Positions 12,001 to 25,379 of a stretch of 64,000 bases of DNA are shown here, one piece after another. The notes beneath the pieces were generated by a model. That model made no database searches, had not been told where the DNA came from, and was given only the letters and a program-made list of their open reading frames with translations. The stretch lies in the NCBI GenBank assembly GCA_000182565.2, contig KQ257468.1; one strand, 5' to 3'. Position numbers and translations under genes: made by a program. Every line of letters starts with the position of its first letter. Within the stretch, counting starts at the first letter, position 1. The DNA is from Spizellomyces punctatus DAOM BR117. Its lineage: Eukaryota.

Positions 12001-15000
12001 TTGGTTATATGAGTGGAATCAAACTGATGGAGGAAGCTACCGAAAATCAGTTGGATGCCTTAGCGGGTGGAGAGACGTTGAAGCGGGAGGCTTTCTTCTG
12101 GGAAAACATTCGTACGACTCGGAGATCCGGACTGAGGCTAATGAAAGCGCTGCTGGAAACTGGCTTCGCCCGCCAAATGAGTATATTAATTAGCCAGCGT
12201 AAGCAGGAGATTGTCTATGCTGGCATGGGAACCGAGGATGACAACATGGATCTAAAGATTCTGGCATGGTTAAACGACTATGTGAGTCCCCTCTCCTGTG
12301 ATATATAATGGAAATACGCTTCCAGCTTATCATCTGTTATCTGCACACTACAGTGCCAACGGACACTGCTTCAATACCTTGAATTCTTGTCTGTAACGGC
12401 ACCGCCAGAAATCTTCGCTGATGTTACACCCTCGGTCGAGGATCTCGTGGAGATCTACGGATTAGACCCCGAGCAGGCTTTCTTGATAGCTAGGCCGAAG
12501 TTGGTGAACTCTGTCAAGGTATGTTCTCGCTTTCCCCATCCTACCCAATATCACCCTTGTGTTGCTCGCAGCCCGGGATGTCTTATCAGGACGTATGCTA
12601 ATACTGAAACAGCAGAAACAGCTCACCAATGGTAGTAGCAAAAGCGAGCAAAGTAATATCATGGATATTGATGACAAGGCTAAAGAAAGTATCCCTGACA
12701 CTATGGAGGTTGACGGACCCAACCATGATGCTCCAGCTCATGGTGATGCCGCCAGCGTGGAACATCCTGGCCTCGCCGATCCAGCAACGAATGCAGTATG
12801 GCAACCTGGCCTTTATGAGACCATTCGAGCTTCAGTCAATATCCTTCCACCGCACGCATGGCGTGGGATTAGTCCTGCGTTTTATGCGACTTTCTGGCAG
12901 CTGAGCCTGTACGACATTGTGTTGCCAAAGCAAAGATATCATGGAGAGATTGCGAATCAGAAGAAGAATATCCGACAAATGGAAACAGAAATTGTGCAAC
13001 TCGAGCGAGAACGAGATAACGTTGATGACGGGCTGCGGAAAGCGAACGACGAGATCAGGAAGAAGAGGAAAGAAATAGATAGAGCAAGTCTAGTGATCAA
13101 GGCTCTCGACGGCGAATGGAGGATGCATGAAGAGCATTACAAGCGCATCATGGAAAGAGTCAAAGCGGAGAGTCCATTCTGGTTCCATTCAAGTATGGTA
13201 GCTGTCTGGTTTAGTATGCGGCCTTGAAGGTACTGACAAGATTCGAATGTCTTCAGGCGTAGGTCGTAACGAGATAATCAACACGATGATACAGTACTGC
13301 TTGCAGCCGCGTTGCGTGCAGTCACCAGCAGATGCAATGTATTGCGCAAAGTTTATAATGATGATGCATTTGTTGGGGACACCGAATATTCCAACTGCGT
13401 CGCTTTACGACAGGGTGAGTGTTGAGGAGAAGTCAATCTACAGGAGATCCTTGGCCTAGTGCTAACACTGAGCATGCAGATGTGCAGCAGGGATATCATT
13501 CACGCGTGCATCTTTGCCGGTACTGAGGATGAGGCAAAAAACTACGGACTGTTCTTGGCGGTTATTTTCCGCACACTATCCACCTGGCACAAAAATCCTG
13601 ATCTCTTCAAGAAGGAAGCAATCGGAGAAGGCCTTCCAGGTTTTCTGAAGAAGTGGCCTACTGGGGTGATCACTGGGAATATGGATCTCAGCAATGCAGA
13701 TTTCATCGAGTACGAAGAATTCCGTCAAGCGCTACGAAAATGGCATTTGAAATTATGTAAGGCGATCTTGGCTTGTCTGCAGAGTGGAGAGTATATGCAG
13801 ATTCGAAACGCCATTCTCGTTCTGGATCGCGTCAATGAATATTTTCCAGCGACCAAGCAAATGGGGAACACCATCAAGATCGCTGTACAGGAGCTGGAGA
13901 GAACGGAGCAAAGGGGCGATCTAAAACAGCTTGCCCGCAGTTACGGAACAAAATTGCAGTTGCGAGAGGGACATTGGCTGGACAATCGCGAGTTCTGTCG
14001 AGTCGTTGAACGCAAAGGAAGTGGTATGGTTGACGGTATGGGGACCCCCGGTTCAGAGAGTGTCCCTGCCTCTCGGCGAGAGAGCGAGATTTTGAAACCG
14101 GAAGAAGGACAATTGAAAGAAGAACCCGGTGCAACCGATGGGGAAAGGAACAAAGATGAGGCTAAAAAGCAGATGGATGACCGAAGGCCACGGGAGTCGA
14201 TGAAAGAACCCTCTGGGACTAGCACGTCAGCTCCTCATACCCCGACCCAAAGGAAAGAGGAGAGAGAAGGTGGCGCGAAGGATCGGGATCGAAGAAAGAA
14301 CGATGAAAGCGTATCTGGTACAGTCACCGCCAATTCAGCAGAGAGAGGGGAAAGGGAGCGTGGGGAAATATCGCATAGGGAGCATGGCCAGAGTTACAGC
14401 CATGAAAAGCCTCGATTTAATGAGAGAGATAAAGAGAATCAACGACGAAAGGAAGGAGCCGGGTCGGTTGGCATTAGTGGGACGTCCGCTACCAAGGAAA
14501 AGGAGAAAGATAGAAAACCCGCGCGGGAGCGTGAGAAGGGACAAAAAGATACAGAAAAGGACAAGGAGAAGGAAAAAGAAAAGGACAAAGAGAAACGGGG
14601 GGATAGGGCCAAGGATCGAGACCGAGATAGGAAGAGAAAAGAAAGGGTAGGTCCCGAAAAGCGGCTGTCTTCTCGACTTGAGCGAATCGTCTTTGAAACA
14701 TATTAATCTCGTTTGCCTTTCCTGTAGGAAACGGAAAGCATGACTGAGGATCGAAAGGATCGGAAACGCGATCGTGAAAAGGACGAACGAGAGAGCAAGC
14801 GGAGCAGGAGAGATGATGGTATGGTAGCTGTTGGTTTGCGCTCACTTTCAAGGTATTCCAAGTGGTTCTATTAACACGATGTACGCTTATGAAGTGGGAT
14901 CCTCCGCCGCCTCGGAGAAGCCTGCCAGCGAGAACGGACCTGCGGGAAATGGCGCAGTTGGACGAAAAAGACGTGCTGAAGAGGGTACGTTCGACTTGAT

Positions 15001-15177
15001 TGGACTCTGCGTTCATTATACTAAATTACATATCGAGTAGATCCATCCCCAGCCCCAGGCGGGATTGATTCATATCGTCCGGCATCAGCATCCGCTAATG
15101 GCAGCACAAAGCGGTTACGGGGAACTTCACGGGACAGGGAACGGGAAGATAGGGATCGAAGGAGGAGGGGCCGCTAG
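9049..15177 (+). CDS. THO2: THO complex subunit 2
   Basis: YAQTKYNLLREESEGYSKL, LIGYFDIDPNRVLDLIL, GRQIGKVVHSNP, FYATFWQLSLYDI, SGEYMQIRNAILVL and a charged C-terminal tail; many introns. Confidence 0.95.
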
Positions 15178-15349
15178 ATTGGGTTTAATATATTGGCTTT
15201 TTATTGTATTGTATTGTATTTGTAAATTTTGAATTGAACAGCAAAGATGAGCGATACGTCATGTAGTATTGAACAATTGAGCTACGGTTGTCTCCCATAC
15301 CGTACTCCCAATCCTGCTCCAACTCCGGTTAATCCATGCAATTATGACA

Positions 15350-15633
15350 CGATCCGTACATGCTGTTGGGGGTGCAGGTTCAGGATCATTGCATTGGTCC
15401 AAGCTCTGCGAAGCTTACTAATGCAGCCGAAGATTTATACTTCATTGCCCATAATAGTAACAAATATAAACTTGAGACGATTGAAAGTTATCTCCCGATC
15501 CATACATGCTTTTGGGGGTACAGGTTCAGGATCATAGCATTGGTCCAAGCTCTGCGAAGCTTACTATTCAGATTTAAATTTCATTGCCCATAATAGCAAC
15601 AAATATAAACTTTAGACGATTTAAAGTTGTCTC
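15350..15633. repeat. Imperfect tandem duplication, ~146-bp unit x2, immediately upstream of the GPCR gene
   Basis: Copy 1 15350-15495 and copy 2 15496-15633 share cgatccRtacatgct..gggggtRcaggttcaggatcat.gcattggtccaagctctgcgaagcttacta...ttcattgcccataatagYaacaaatataaactt.agacgatt.aaagtt.tctc. Confidence 0.95.
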
Positions 15634-15714
15634 TATTTTCCGCGGCCCCAGTCTTCATATCCACTTAACTACTTGACCGGATCCCCTTCGGCACGGATTT
15701 CTTGAGTGGAGGAA

Positions 15715-17368
15715 ATGTCATATAATGGGGGGTATCTATTCTGGTGGGTCAACTCTTGATTGCTTGGTTCCGCCACTAGACAACTCAACAAGAACCGCAT
15801 ACATTTTAGGGACCAAGTGCCAAATGCCAAAGTCCAAGAGTGGACAGTATGGACAGAACCATATAATACTCTGCAGCACTCCATGTCAGGCTACGTTGCC
15901 CTTGTTCATACCATGGGACTGGTCACGAATGGGTTGATGATACTATGCTTTTGGACGATGGAGAGAGAGATGCGCAGTGCGGCGAACTACCTTGTGTTGA
16001 GTCTGACAACTGCGGATTTGCTCAATAACATGGGAAACGTTGGAACGTTCTGGTATAATACCGTTCGTGGGAGATGGGCTGCAGGAAGAGTTGCATGCCA
16101 GGTGAGAACCGGAATCGCAATCGAATTTTAAAATTGTGAGCTTTCCGGTTGATATGTCAACAATCAAAAGATTGTGGGCTTTTCTGATTTGTACTTTGGA
16201 GGCTTATCCATAACAATGCTGGCGGCAATTGCCTACGAGGTGAGTCAGTCGAATGTGACGACAACGAAGATGAGCAATTGCTATGCTAAAAGTTCTTATC
16301 CGTTCGGACCCCAGCGGTATACCACCATTGTCCAGATACGGCCACTTTCAGGAAAGCACTTGACATATATTATCGGCGGAGCGTGGTTCAGCTTATTAGT
16401 ATTAGGGGTTTCGCCGTGGTGGTTTCACCCTGAGTACGGCTTTCCAATGAGAAGTTCTGGGTGAGTTGAGCAAATGCGCGCATGTATGAAGCAGTCGATA
16501 GCTGATTCAGGGCTAGATTCATGTGTCTAGTCCATTGGGCAGATCCGTCGCCCGCAGGGAGGGCTCTCACTGGAGCGTAAGTACATGCTATAACGGACTC
16601 TTGATCGTGTTGCATTTAACAGTCCAAATTAGTTGTTGCCTTCTCATCGCAGCGTGTATCGCTGTCATCTTCATTTCGTATTATAAGATATTCGGCGAAT
16701 TACGCAGCGCCAACGAAGCGTTGCCAACCCTGCGGACCCGCATTCCGACAGAGTTGGGCGGAGATGGTGGGGGGAGTTATAGATCCAAGTCTTCTAGTAA
16801 TAGCCATGCTGCCTCTGCTAGTACGGGAGTCTCGCAGAAGTCTAGGAAGGGGAGTACCTCAACGAAGATCAAGAACCAACAAAGGCAATTAGAGCGGGCG
16901 GTTTTGACGCGATCTATAATCATGGTGTCAGGTGCGAGAAAATTTAAGAGAGCTTCCGTCTTTCAAAACATTTAGTAAACGGACATCTTCAGTCTTCCTT
17001 GCAGAATGGTTTCCTTACTGCCTTATGATGGTGATCGAGTTATTTACAAGCCGACAAGTGTAGGCCATATATCATTATTGGGTTGTAGTTCGGATATACT
17101 AACAGGATATCTCGTGTATAGGGCACCGCTGTTTGATCTTCTGGCCGCCTGTATGACATACCTCAACTGGCCCTGCAATTCCATTTTGATCATGACGCTC
17201 GATAAGCGATTCAATCGACGAGCACGAGAGATTCTGTGGTTGGATGTCTTGTTTCCGCGCAAAGTAGGAAGTGATGATATTCCGCTAGATGAAGTAGAGC
17301 ATGTAGATAAAAGCATAAGCGACCTAGCCGCATTGCCAGAGATCGAGGAAATCAAGGAATCTTATTGA
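15715..17368 (+). CDS. Class A (rhodopsin-like) 7TM GPCR without the retinal-binding lysine
   Basis: Spliced model: TM1 GLVTNG (N1.50), TM2 MRSAANYLVLSLTTADL (D2.50), ECL1 GRWAAGRVAC, TM3 ending AIAYE|RY, W4.50, ECL2 Cys (FMCLVHW), TM5 ISYYKIF, TM6 FLAEWFPY, TM7 MTYLNWPCNSIL, helix 8 DKRFNR. Confidence 0.9.
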
Positions 17369-17601
17369 AATAAAAACTTACTTGTTACTTAGGACTTAAA
17401 ATTCTTGCACTGCCACAGTTGTGATCCAGAGCCACGGTAAGCACCCTTTGGTAAAGCGCAGCCACGTCTCAATGTCGTCACCACTGATGTCACGCGTCTG
17501 AGTCGCTTACGTACCATATGAACGCACAGGGTATAAAAAGCAGCGGCTACTTTCTGCCAACTCTCACATTGGTTCCCCAACAAGCACTATCAAAGAACAA
17601 C

Positions 17602-18417
17602 ATGTTTTCACGAATTGTTCAAGCGGTTGCCCCGAAACCAAGGCTTATGGTTATCGCCGCTGCGAGCCGCTTTCCGGCATTCCCAGCAGCATTATATCAC
17701 CACAGCCGCGAAATCAAGGTGCCAGGATCAGACAAAGACTCACAAACCGCATCTTCAGCATCGGCCAGTGTCCCTCCTCCACCTGGTGACGCTACTGAAA
17801 ATTTCTTTCCACACTTTGAATCCGATGCCTCTGCGCCGCTGACAAGCAAACCTACTCCATCACGAATCACCAAGGTCGCCAACGAGTCGTCGACAACAGT
17901 AGAGGATCTCATTAGTCTGCCCGCTGATAAAATACGCGAAATGGCTGGATGTGATAGCAAATCCACATCTGCGACCCTGTCTTTCGATGATTCCATGCGC
18001 ATTGTGAGTGAGTTTGAGCGTGAGGCATATGCACCAAAGAGCACAAGCGCGCAAGGTCCTGAATTACTTGGCTTGCATGAGAGAGAATTTCAAGAAGGGA
18101 GGGTGGCGGATGTGAGCGATAGCGCTGAAGTGGACCCTAGGACCGTCCTGGTGATGAAGAAGGAGATGGAGGACATGGCTGGTGGTGCAAGGGGGCGAAG
18201 CGACAGCGCTATTCCGGAGGGAGGAGTGCGCCCAGTGCATCCGTTTGTGAGCGCAAACGAAAAGAGAAGTGCAAAGCTGGTCGGTCGACAAGAAGCGGAA
18301 CATGCACAACATGATGACGACTCACCGCGGCATTTTGTAAAAAAGGCACAAAGAGCCAAAACGGTCATGCCTGTAGATCCCTCGACGCAATTTGTGGAGC
18401 TTGGCAAGGGCAATTAA
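17602..18417 (+). CDS. Hypothetical protein, possibly with a mitochondrial presequence
   Basis: Single ORF from MFSRIVQAVAPKPRL; Arg/Ala/Ser-rich N-terminus without acidic residues. Confidence 0.65.
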   Translation: MFSRIVQAVAPKPRLMVIAAASRFPAFPAALYHHSREIKVPGSDKDSQTASSASASVPPPPGDATENFFPHFESDASAPLTSKPTPSRITKVANESSTTVEDLISLPADKIREMAGCDSKSTSATLSFDDSMRIVSEFEREAYAPKSTSAQGPELLGLHEREFQEGRVADVSDSAEVDPRTVLVMKKEMEDMAGGARGRSDSAIPEGGVRPVHPFVSANEKRSAKLVGRQEAEHAQHDDDSPRHFVKKAQRAKTVMPVDPSTQFVELGKGN

Positions 18418-18587
18418 GGGTAGCCGAGATATAAATTATTTTCGTGAACCTATGTTGATAATGTAATATATGCTCCCTAACTGTATACATCCTATCCAAT
18501 CCTTCCAACAAGATGGTCGCTAATGCTCGTAAACCGCTGCTGATCACTTAATCCATGACTGCCAAGTCTAGCAACGTCATCAAATGT

Positions 18588-21500
18588 CTAGACCTTCCCC
18601 CGGTGAAACCGCTTAGGTTTCTGTTCACTTTCTTCATATGCGTCCTTTTGATCAATATGCTTTCTCTTTAACCTTCTTGACGGGTTTCTCTCGTCGTCGG
18701 ATTGAGATGCATCATAGTCCGATGACCCTTCCACAGCTGTGAACGTTGGCACCGCTTCGATCAGGGTTTTCACACTATGCCTTCCTTTGTCATGTGCCTC
18801 TTTCTCCTGCTCCACCATTTCTGTACTCCCGCCGATGAGCTCCGTCAACGTTTCATCACTGCCAAAGAACTTATCAATCGTAGGCTGTAGCCGTTTCTCT
18901 TTTTCATCCCTGGCAGATGAAGATTCGATCGTATCCATGGTTGCGCTGTGTCCGTCAATACTTTGGCCAACAACATCCAACTTTCTGCGGATAAGGGGCC
19001 ATTGGATATCATCTGCAGCAGTACCATCAGCCAATGTGTAATCACAGATATTCAACAAACTTACGAGCGTACCCAATGTCCCCCGTGCGAGAATATACTT
19101 GATGTCCACGTTTTCTTCCCGCCCGATTCGGTGCGCCCGATCCTCTCCTTGTAACAACTGAGCTGGATTCTGTGGAGATGGTAAGCCTTGGGTGACTGAA
19201 CTCATCCTTTCGATCATTTAACGTACCCAAAACAGCTCGGCAAAGACAACTGAAAGTGCACACAGTGAATGTGTCAATATGACAGTGAGACAAGTCACGT
19301 ACTCCAACTAGGTATGAACGTACCCAAGTCCGCGGCGTGCAAGGTCAGCCTAAAAATGCGCTATCAGATCTCGCCGACCGATTCTATGACAGAAGCTGGA
19401 CTGCCATACCCTACGCCAGCCGCTGTGATACTCAAAACCGCTACCCGCGTCTCCGGGTCATTTTGAAATTCCTCACATAGGTCCTGTCGTACTTGCGACG
19501 ATGTACTTCCGTCAATTCTAACGTATCGTGTCTAATCGACTATCAGCCTAAGAATCAGTTGACGGGAAGGAAGAAGCAGATACCTACTTTTAGCTGATTC
19601 AATTGCTCAGAGACAGTGTCGAGGACATGTGTATGGTGCGCAAATACTATGAATTTTTTTGACGTGTGATCATGGAGCTCTCGTAAGTACTCTTGAACCG
19701 CCGGCAGTTTCGCAATCCCAGTTTCACGATACTAGCAAAAATAGAATCTGTTGGCAGGATTGACGAACATTGTAACCTGTTAAGGTACCTTTACCATTTG
19801 AATCAGAAGGGTCCTCTTCTCGAGGGTAACTTCCTGTCGGTGCTTGGTATTACTGGCTGTTTTCGCGTCTTCCAGCCTTTCGTTGATTTCCTCATTTTGC
19901 GCCATGAGAGCTGCAAAGGTCTGCTTGCTTTTTGCAGCAATATCAACGTAAACGCACTGCCGGGTCTTGCTAGGCAGTTCCTTTAGGACGTCCTTTTTCA
20001 GCCTTCGAATGAGGACAGTTTGCTCAAGAAACCAGTGCAGTTCGGCAATGTTCGAATTTCCTGAGGTTTACGGTTTCGTGAGCTCTCAACCACCTTCTTG
20101 TATAACAACCTAGTACCCGTACCTGTGAAATCCCATCCGTACCGATTCTGTAGCGTTGACGTAAGTTACAATAGACACGAACATCCAGGGAAAGATTCGT
20201 AGACGTACCTGCTTGCCGTCACAGTATCTGACACCAAATTGCACAGCAGTAGTAAAGGAAGGTAATAACGCACTAATCTGCGTGAAAAGTTCGATCGGTC
20301 GAGATAGCGCAGGGGTCCCTAAGAAAGCCACCGTCCCATTGGTTCCAGCGCGCCTTCTAATCCTACAATTCGGTCTTACCCGACAAGAGGAGGGCACGTT
20401 TCGCCCCCTTTAGTAATGGAATAATTGTCTTGGTCCGCTTAGCCTGCCGGTACATTCCCTCGATCAGTTCAGCAATGAGTCGCAATTTCCGCAGAACAGC
20501 CTACCTCCCGACTTTTTAGAAAGTGGGACTCATCTGCAACTACTATCCGGTATTTGGCCTTTTCTAGCTGCTTCTTGATGTCCTCTCTACTCGCCAAGTC
20601 ATAACTCGTGATGACAAAATGACTTTCAGAAGAAACACGGTCCTTGGAGGCAAAAATGACCTGTATCCTTTCCTCGGGGAGGTCGAGCCATTTGCAGATC
20701 TCTGCTTGCCAGGTGAGACGTAGAGATGAAGGGCAAATCACCATTACGGGCCACTCGCTGCGATAAAAGGCGCAGATAGCGATGGCTTGAATTGTCTTCC
20801 CTAATTTTCATTGGCAGTTTGGTGAGCTCTCTCAACAAATCATGAGGAGCGAGAAAGGGCAGGTACGTACCAAGCCCCATTTCATCGCCTAATAATACCT
20901 TTCCCTGTTTCTTTATTGCTTCTAAGACTCCCACTTTCTGGAAGTCCATCAATCTTTCATATACATACGGAGGTATTTTGGTTTGCATTGACTGCAGAAT
21001 ATTGGAATCAGTCTCAGTCGATTTTTGAGGCGTCTTCAACAGTTTGTGCACAAACGTCGGCAGTTCATTGATTCGCGGCAAAAAGCCATCGTTTTTCAGA
21101 TCCTCCAATTTTTTGATAACTTCATCGTAACGACCCGAATCAAATATCCAGACTTTGGCTTCTGAGTCCCATTCTGCATCTTTTACGGCGTGGAAAATCT
21201 TTGGAATTGCTTCATGAAAGGATGTTTTGGCACAGATGTGTGAAACATCGCGAACGGTCAATGTGATCTCTATAATTGAGGAACCGGAGTCTGCACTATT
21301 GGGTTTCTTCCCCTTATTACCCTGCCAAGGTAACGCACGTTTGGTAGCAGTAGAACCAGTAATGGCAGAGTCAACTACATTGGCAGCTCCGCTATGGTCT
21401 GATTGTGCTGCTTTCACAGGAGGTGTATCCCATTCAAAATACTTGCATTTCCTATCCGGGCACTGGGTAGGATTGGCTTCTCAGGCAGTCAAAAGAGCGT

Positions 21501-21612
21501 TTAGCTAGCATACACCTACCGTCCAAAACCAGCGACCTTCATTTACAGTCTTTTTCTTAGTTTGAAAATGAGCTGCTGGCTTTCCACAGCCGCATTGACG
21601 TGCATCTACCAT
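18588..21612 (-). CDS. SMARCAL1: SMARCAL1/HARP-like SNF2 annealing helicase with an N-terminal GRF zinc finger
   Basis: HARP-like segment ([27 protein letters not shown]), [75 protein letters not shown]. Confidence 0.88.
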
Positions 21613-21824
21613 TGGCAATTGGATAGAAAGACAGGTTGGCAACTAGAGCCCAACACGCTGGTCTTGAGTGACTCATGCTTACGCTAAAGGATGGCACGTG
21701 ACACTTCATGGGACAAGCGCGACGTCCCGCTCTCAAGGTTGTTCTTCGTTCAGGACATCTCCGCCGGATTGCTCACATTCAGTTGAAACCTGCTTCGTCG
21801 GGTTCTGAAAGTAACACGCGAACA

Positions 21825-24800
21825 ATGTCTGGCATTTCATCCACTAATATGCTGCCGGTCGAGTTCAAGAGGTAGATTACTATACAACGAAGCTTTTTCT
21901 CTAATAGCGACTTTAGCTTACCCGTGGGACCTTTGCAGAACCGAGAGGCTTTCACTCGCACCCCCGATCAAAAATTACATTGCAACATCGTATGCTGAAG
22001 ACCCGGACGTCTATATTGATGATTTCCGAAATTTAGACGCCCTTCGGGGTGATATTGTTGTACCTGATGTTCACCTGGTGTCCTTGAACAAGCTCCTAAG
22101 GTAAAAGAGACTCGCTGAAAACAGCGATATACCCTTCGAGTGCTGTGGGTATAGATATTCATAGTACCAATTAGATATTATGGGCAATTATTGTACCTTG
22201 GATCAAAATTCCCAATTGACGAGCAACATGTAAGACATACGCTTGATGCATACTGCCATCAAACATATGCTATGATAAAGTTACTAATGCATCGAGATTA
22301 TAGATCAAAATCTGTTTTTCGTGGTACAATTCTATCGGGAAAGAAAGCAAGAAGTCCGGTATGACGAGTGCTCACTAGATGCTATGATGAGTGCTGATCA
22401 ATGTTTTCAGTCTCGAGCTTCAGCTTGAATTTTGAGAAAGCTTGTGTTCTCTTCAATATTGGCGCAATGTATAGTCAACTCGGAGCGTCGGAAAACCGCT
22501 CAACTGCGGAAGGGTTAAAACGAGCAGCCATGTTCTTTCAGGTTGCATCATACAGTTCTTTTAAACTTCCTCTGTCTGCTAATTCGCCCTATCGCCATGC
22601 TAGCAATCGGCAGGTGCATTCCAAACTCTGCAACAACATTTGACCGACTGGACGCTTCCGTCATCCGCTGATCTCAATGCGGCGACGTTAACAACATTGA
22701 CAAATTTCATGCTGGCACAAGCGCAGGAGTGTTTCTGGTATAAAGCTGTAGTTGGTGAGGGCACCAGAACAGTCACATATTGTCCTAGCTATTACTAACT
22801 AACTACATTCTGGGCAGATAAAATGAAAGACGGCATCATCGCGAGATTGGCGGCACAGGCAGCAGAGTTTTACGATCTCGCACACCAGAGTGCCGTTGGA
22901 GCGGGAGTATTTACTGAGGTAGTAATCTTACCAAGGCGCTTTCTCCTCCTTACTGCAGATAATAAATGCATCATCTGTTCCTCAGTCGTGGCTGGTGCAT
23001 ATGCAAATTAAGTCAAATCACTTTCGGGCTGCGGCACAATATAGAAAATCACAAGAGTGCCTAGCTTCAGGGAAATACGGGGAGGAGATCGCCCGACTAC
23101 AGTCTGCGCAAGTTTACGTAAAAAAAGCCATGGATAATGCGCTCTACAAGAAGGCTTCGTCGTACGTGCAATCGGATTTGAAGGTGTGATGGTGTCTACC
23201 TTCCTTTGTGTATCATGCCTGAAGATAATGACCTCTGATTGGCGACAGAACCTGCAAGCAACGCTGGAACACTCGTTGCAACGGGCTGAGAAGGACAATG
23301 ATATTGTTTGTACGTGACTGTCATGGGGAATCTGTTCAAGTGGGATACTTATCGATCGGTCGTTGCTGACACAAACCATGGCAGACATGGAGACTATACC
23401 TCGCATCGAATCCTTGCCACCAATAGGAGGTGCCAAAATGGTTGAGCCTACTCTCATACCAGATCTCAGTTCTATGTCGGACATAGTAGGCCCGCCTATG
23501 TTCTCTAAACTGGTGCCGTTTTCTGTACATCAATCTGCGTCCTTGTACAGCCACAAAAAGGATGCACTTGTGTCTAGCATAATCAATCGAATTAACGAAG
23601 CCACGACCCTCGCCCAGAGGTATGTGATTGCATTCGGGCGATCTAGCAGCTACAATGAATAATAAGTGGGCCACAGCACGTTGTCATCCCTCAATCTGCC
23701 AGCGGCAATCGAAGCCCTTGAACAGCCGATTGGTCTACCATCGTCTCTGTTACAACATTCAGAGGAAGTTCGCCGCCAAGGCGGTGCGAAAAGCTTGCAA
23801 GATACCTGGGCAACGATCGCTGCTCTTGCTGACCGCGACAATGGGATTCTAGATGAGGTGCGTGGCAATAGTAGCAAACCCCGAAATCCCGTCTATAAGG
23901 AATTCTCCGTAGGCTGTCCGAACGCTGGATGAAGAAGAAAAAGAGGACGAAGAGATACGCGCAAAATTGGGAACAAAGTGGTCTCGCACACCTTCCAGGG
24001 ACCTTACCAGCAATCTCCGAGAAAGTGCTAAAGTTTACAGGAACAAACTGAATGCCGCAAAGAAATCAGATCTCCTAATCGGATCCAAGTTGGAAAAGAA
24101 CCTGCACTACATTGAGTCCCTCAGTTTGACGAAGGTACATAAGCTAGATTCGCATACCTGTCTTGTCCCTCTTACACCCACTTCTATTCAGGAAGAGTTG
24201 GAGGCGTCCATACCATCAAGTACAGCATCGTCTACATTGGTGTCACGGGATCCAAATGTCAAACAGCTCAAGGGGCTACTGAATCAACTGACTGCAAACA
24301 TTAAGGACCGTGCTCCTCTCGTGGACAATTTGAAGAAACTGTCTGCTTCGGATGACATTGGTACTATCCACTGATGGGGATGAAGTTTATGGACACATTC
24401 CATTCCAACGCTAATACCATTTCTAGGCCCGAGGCTTGTCGAGGCGGCTAACCGACATGAGGAAATTGACGATGAACAGCTTTTCAATCAGCAGTTGAGA
24501 AAATATGATCAGTTTCAAGACGGCGTGCAGAATATGATCGATCAGCAGGAGCAAACCTTGGCTGCTATTCAGGTACGATTCCGATTTTCTGCCATGATGA
24601 AGCTGACTAACGCTCGTAGGCAAAATATAGGAGGCAAACAGGAAATTCGTAGAGTCGAAACAGACCAGCGGACTGATTCGTGAGAGAGAAGAGGCGCTCC
24701 AAAACTTGGACAATGCTTACAAAGCATTTAAAGATATCACTTCAAACATGCAGGAAGGAGTCAAATTCTACTCAGATTTTCAAAACGTCTTGAACAAATT

Positions 24801-25294
24801 TTCCCAAAACTGCAAGGACTACGCAATGACCCGGAGTGTTGACAAGAAGGACCAAATCGCCGAGCTGCAACGCAGCGTGACGAATCTCCATGTATCGGAA
24901 CCACAAGGGCCACCGCTTCCACCACGACATGGCGGTGCTCCTGGCGGATATCCGACCTCTCTACCGCCGAGTACGCAGCCGGGCCTCTATACATACGGCC
25001 AAAGTACAGGTACGATGCCACAGCCTTACCCCCAAGGGATGCCTCCACCTGGTAAGTGCCTGCTGGATGCACCCTTATTATTGCAACCGAGACCCTTTAT
25101 GCTCGTATGTGATAGGAACCTGGGATCCGAATACGCCTCTGCAATACGGTCCAAACCCCTACGCTCAGCCCGGAACACAACACGGACCTTACTCTACAAA
25201 CGTGTTCTACAGTACTAATATTCCTGGTGCAATGCCTCCACCGATGCCGACACAGCCCGGAGGGCCCCAGCAGTATAGGCCATATGGAGTGTAA
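21825..25294 (+). CDS. BRO1-domain ESCRT adaptor (PalA/Rim20/ALIX-like) with V domain and Pro-rich tail
   Basis: [81 protein letters not shown]. Confidence 0.92.
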
Positions 25295-25379
25295 TGTTAT
25301 ATAACTATTTGTTTATACTTCTGGAGTGGTCCACAGAGAGCACTCAATATATACATTGTCTTGCCTTTGTCTTCACGGT

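Noticed and set aside
15350-15633. CRISPR-like array or LTR pair
   Set aside because: Only two directly adjacent units, no spacers, no internal element, TG..CA ends or target-site duplication; eukaryotic context.
17120-17200. Calling the GPCR a functional opsin
   Set aside because: TM7 has Tyr rather than Lys at the Schiff-base position and no Lys nearby.
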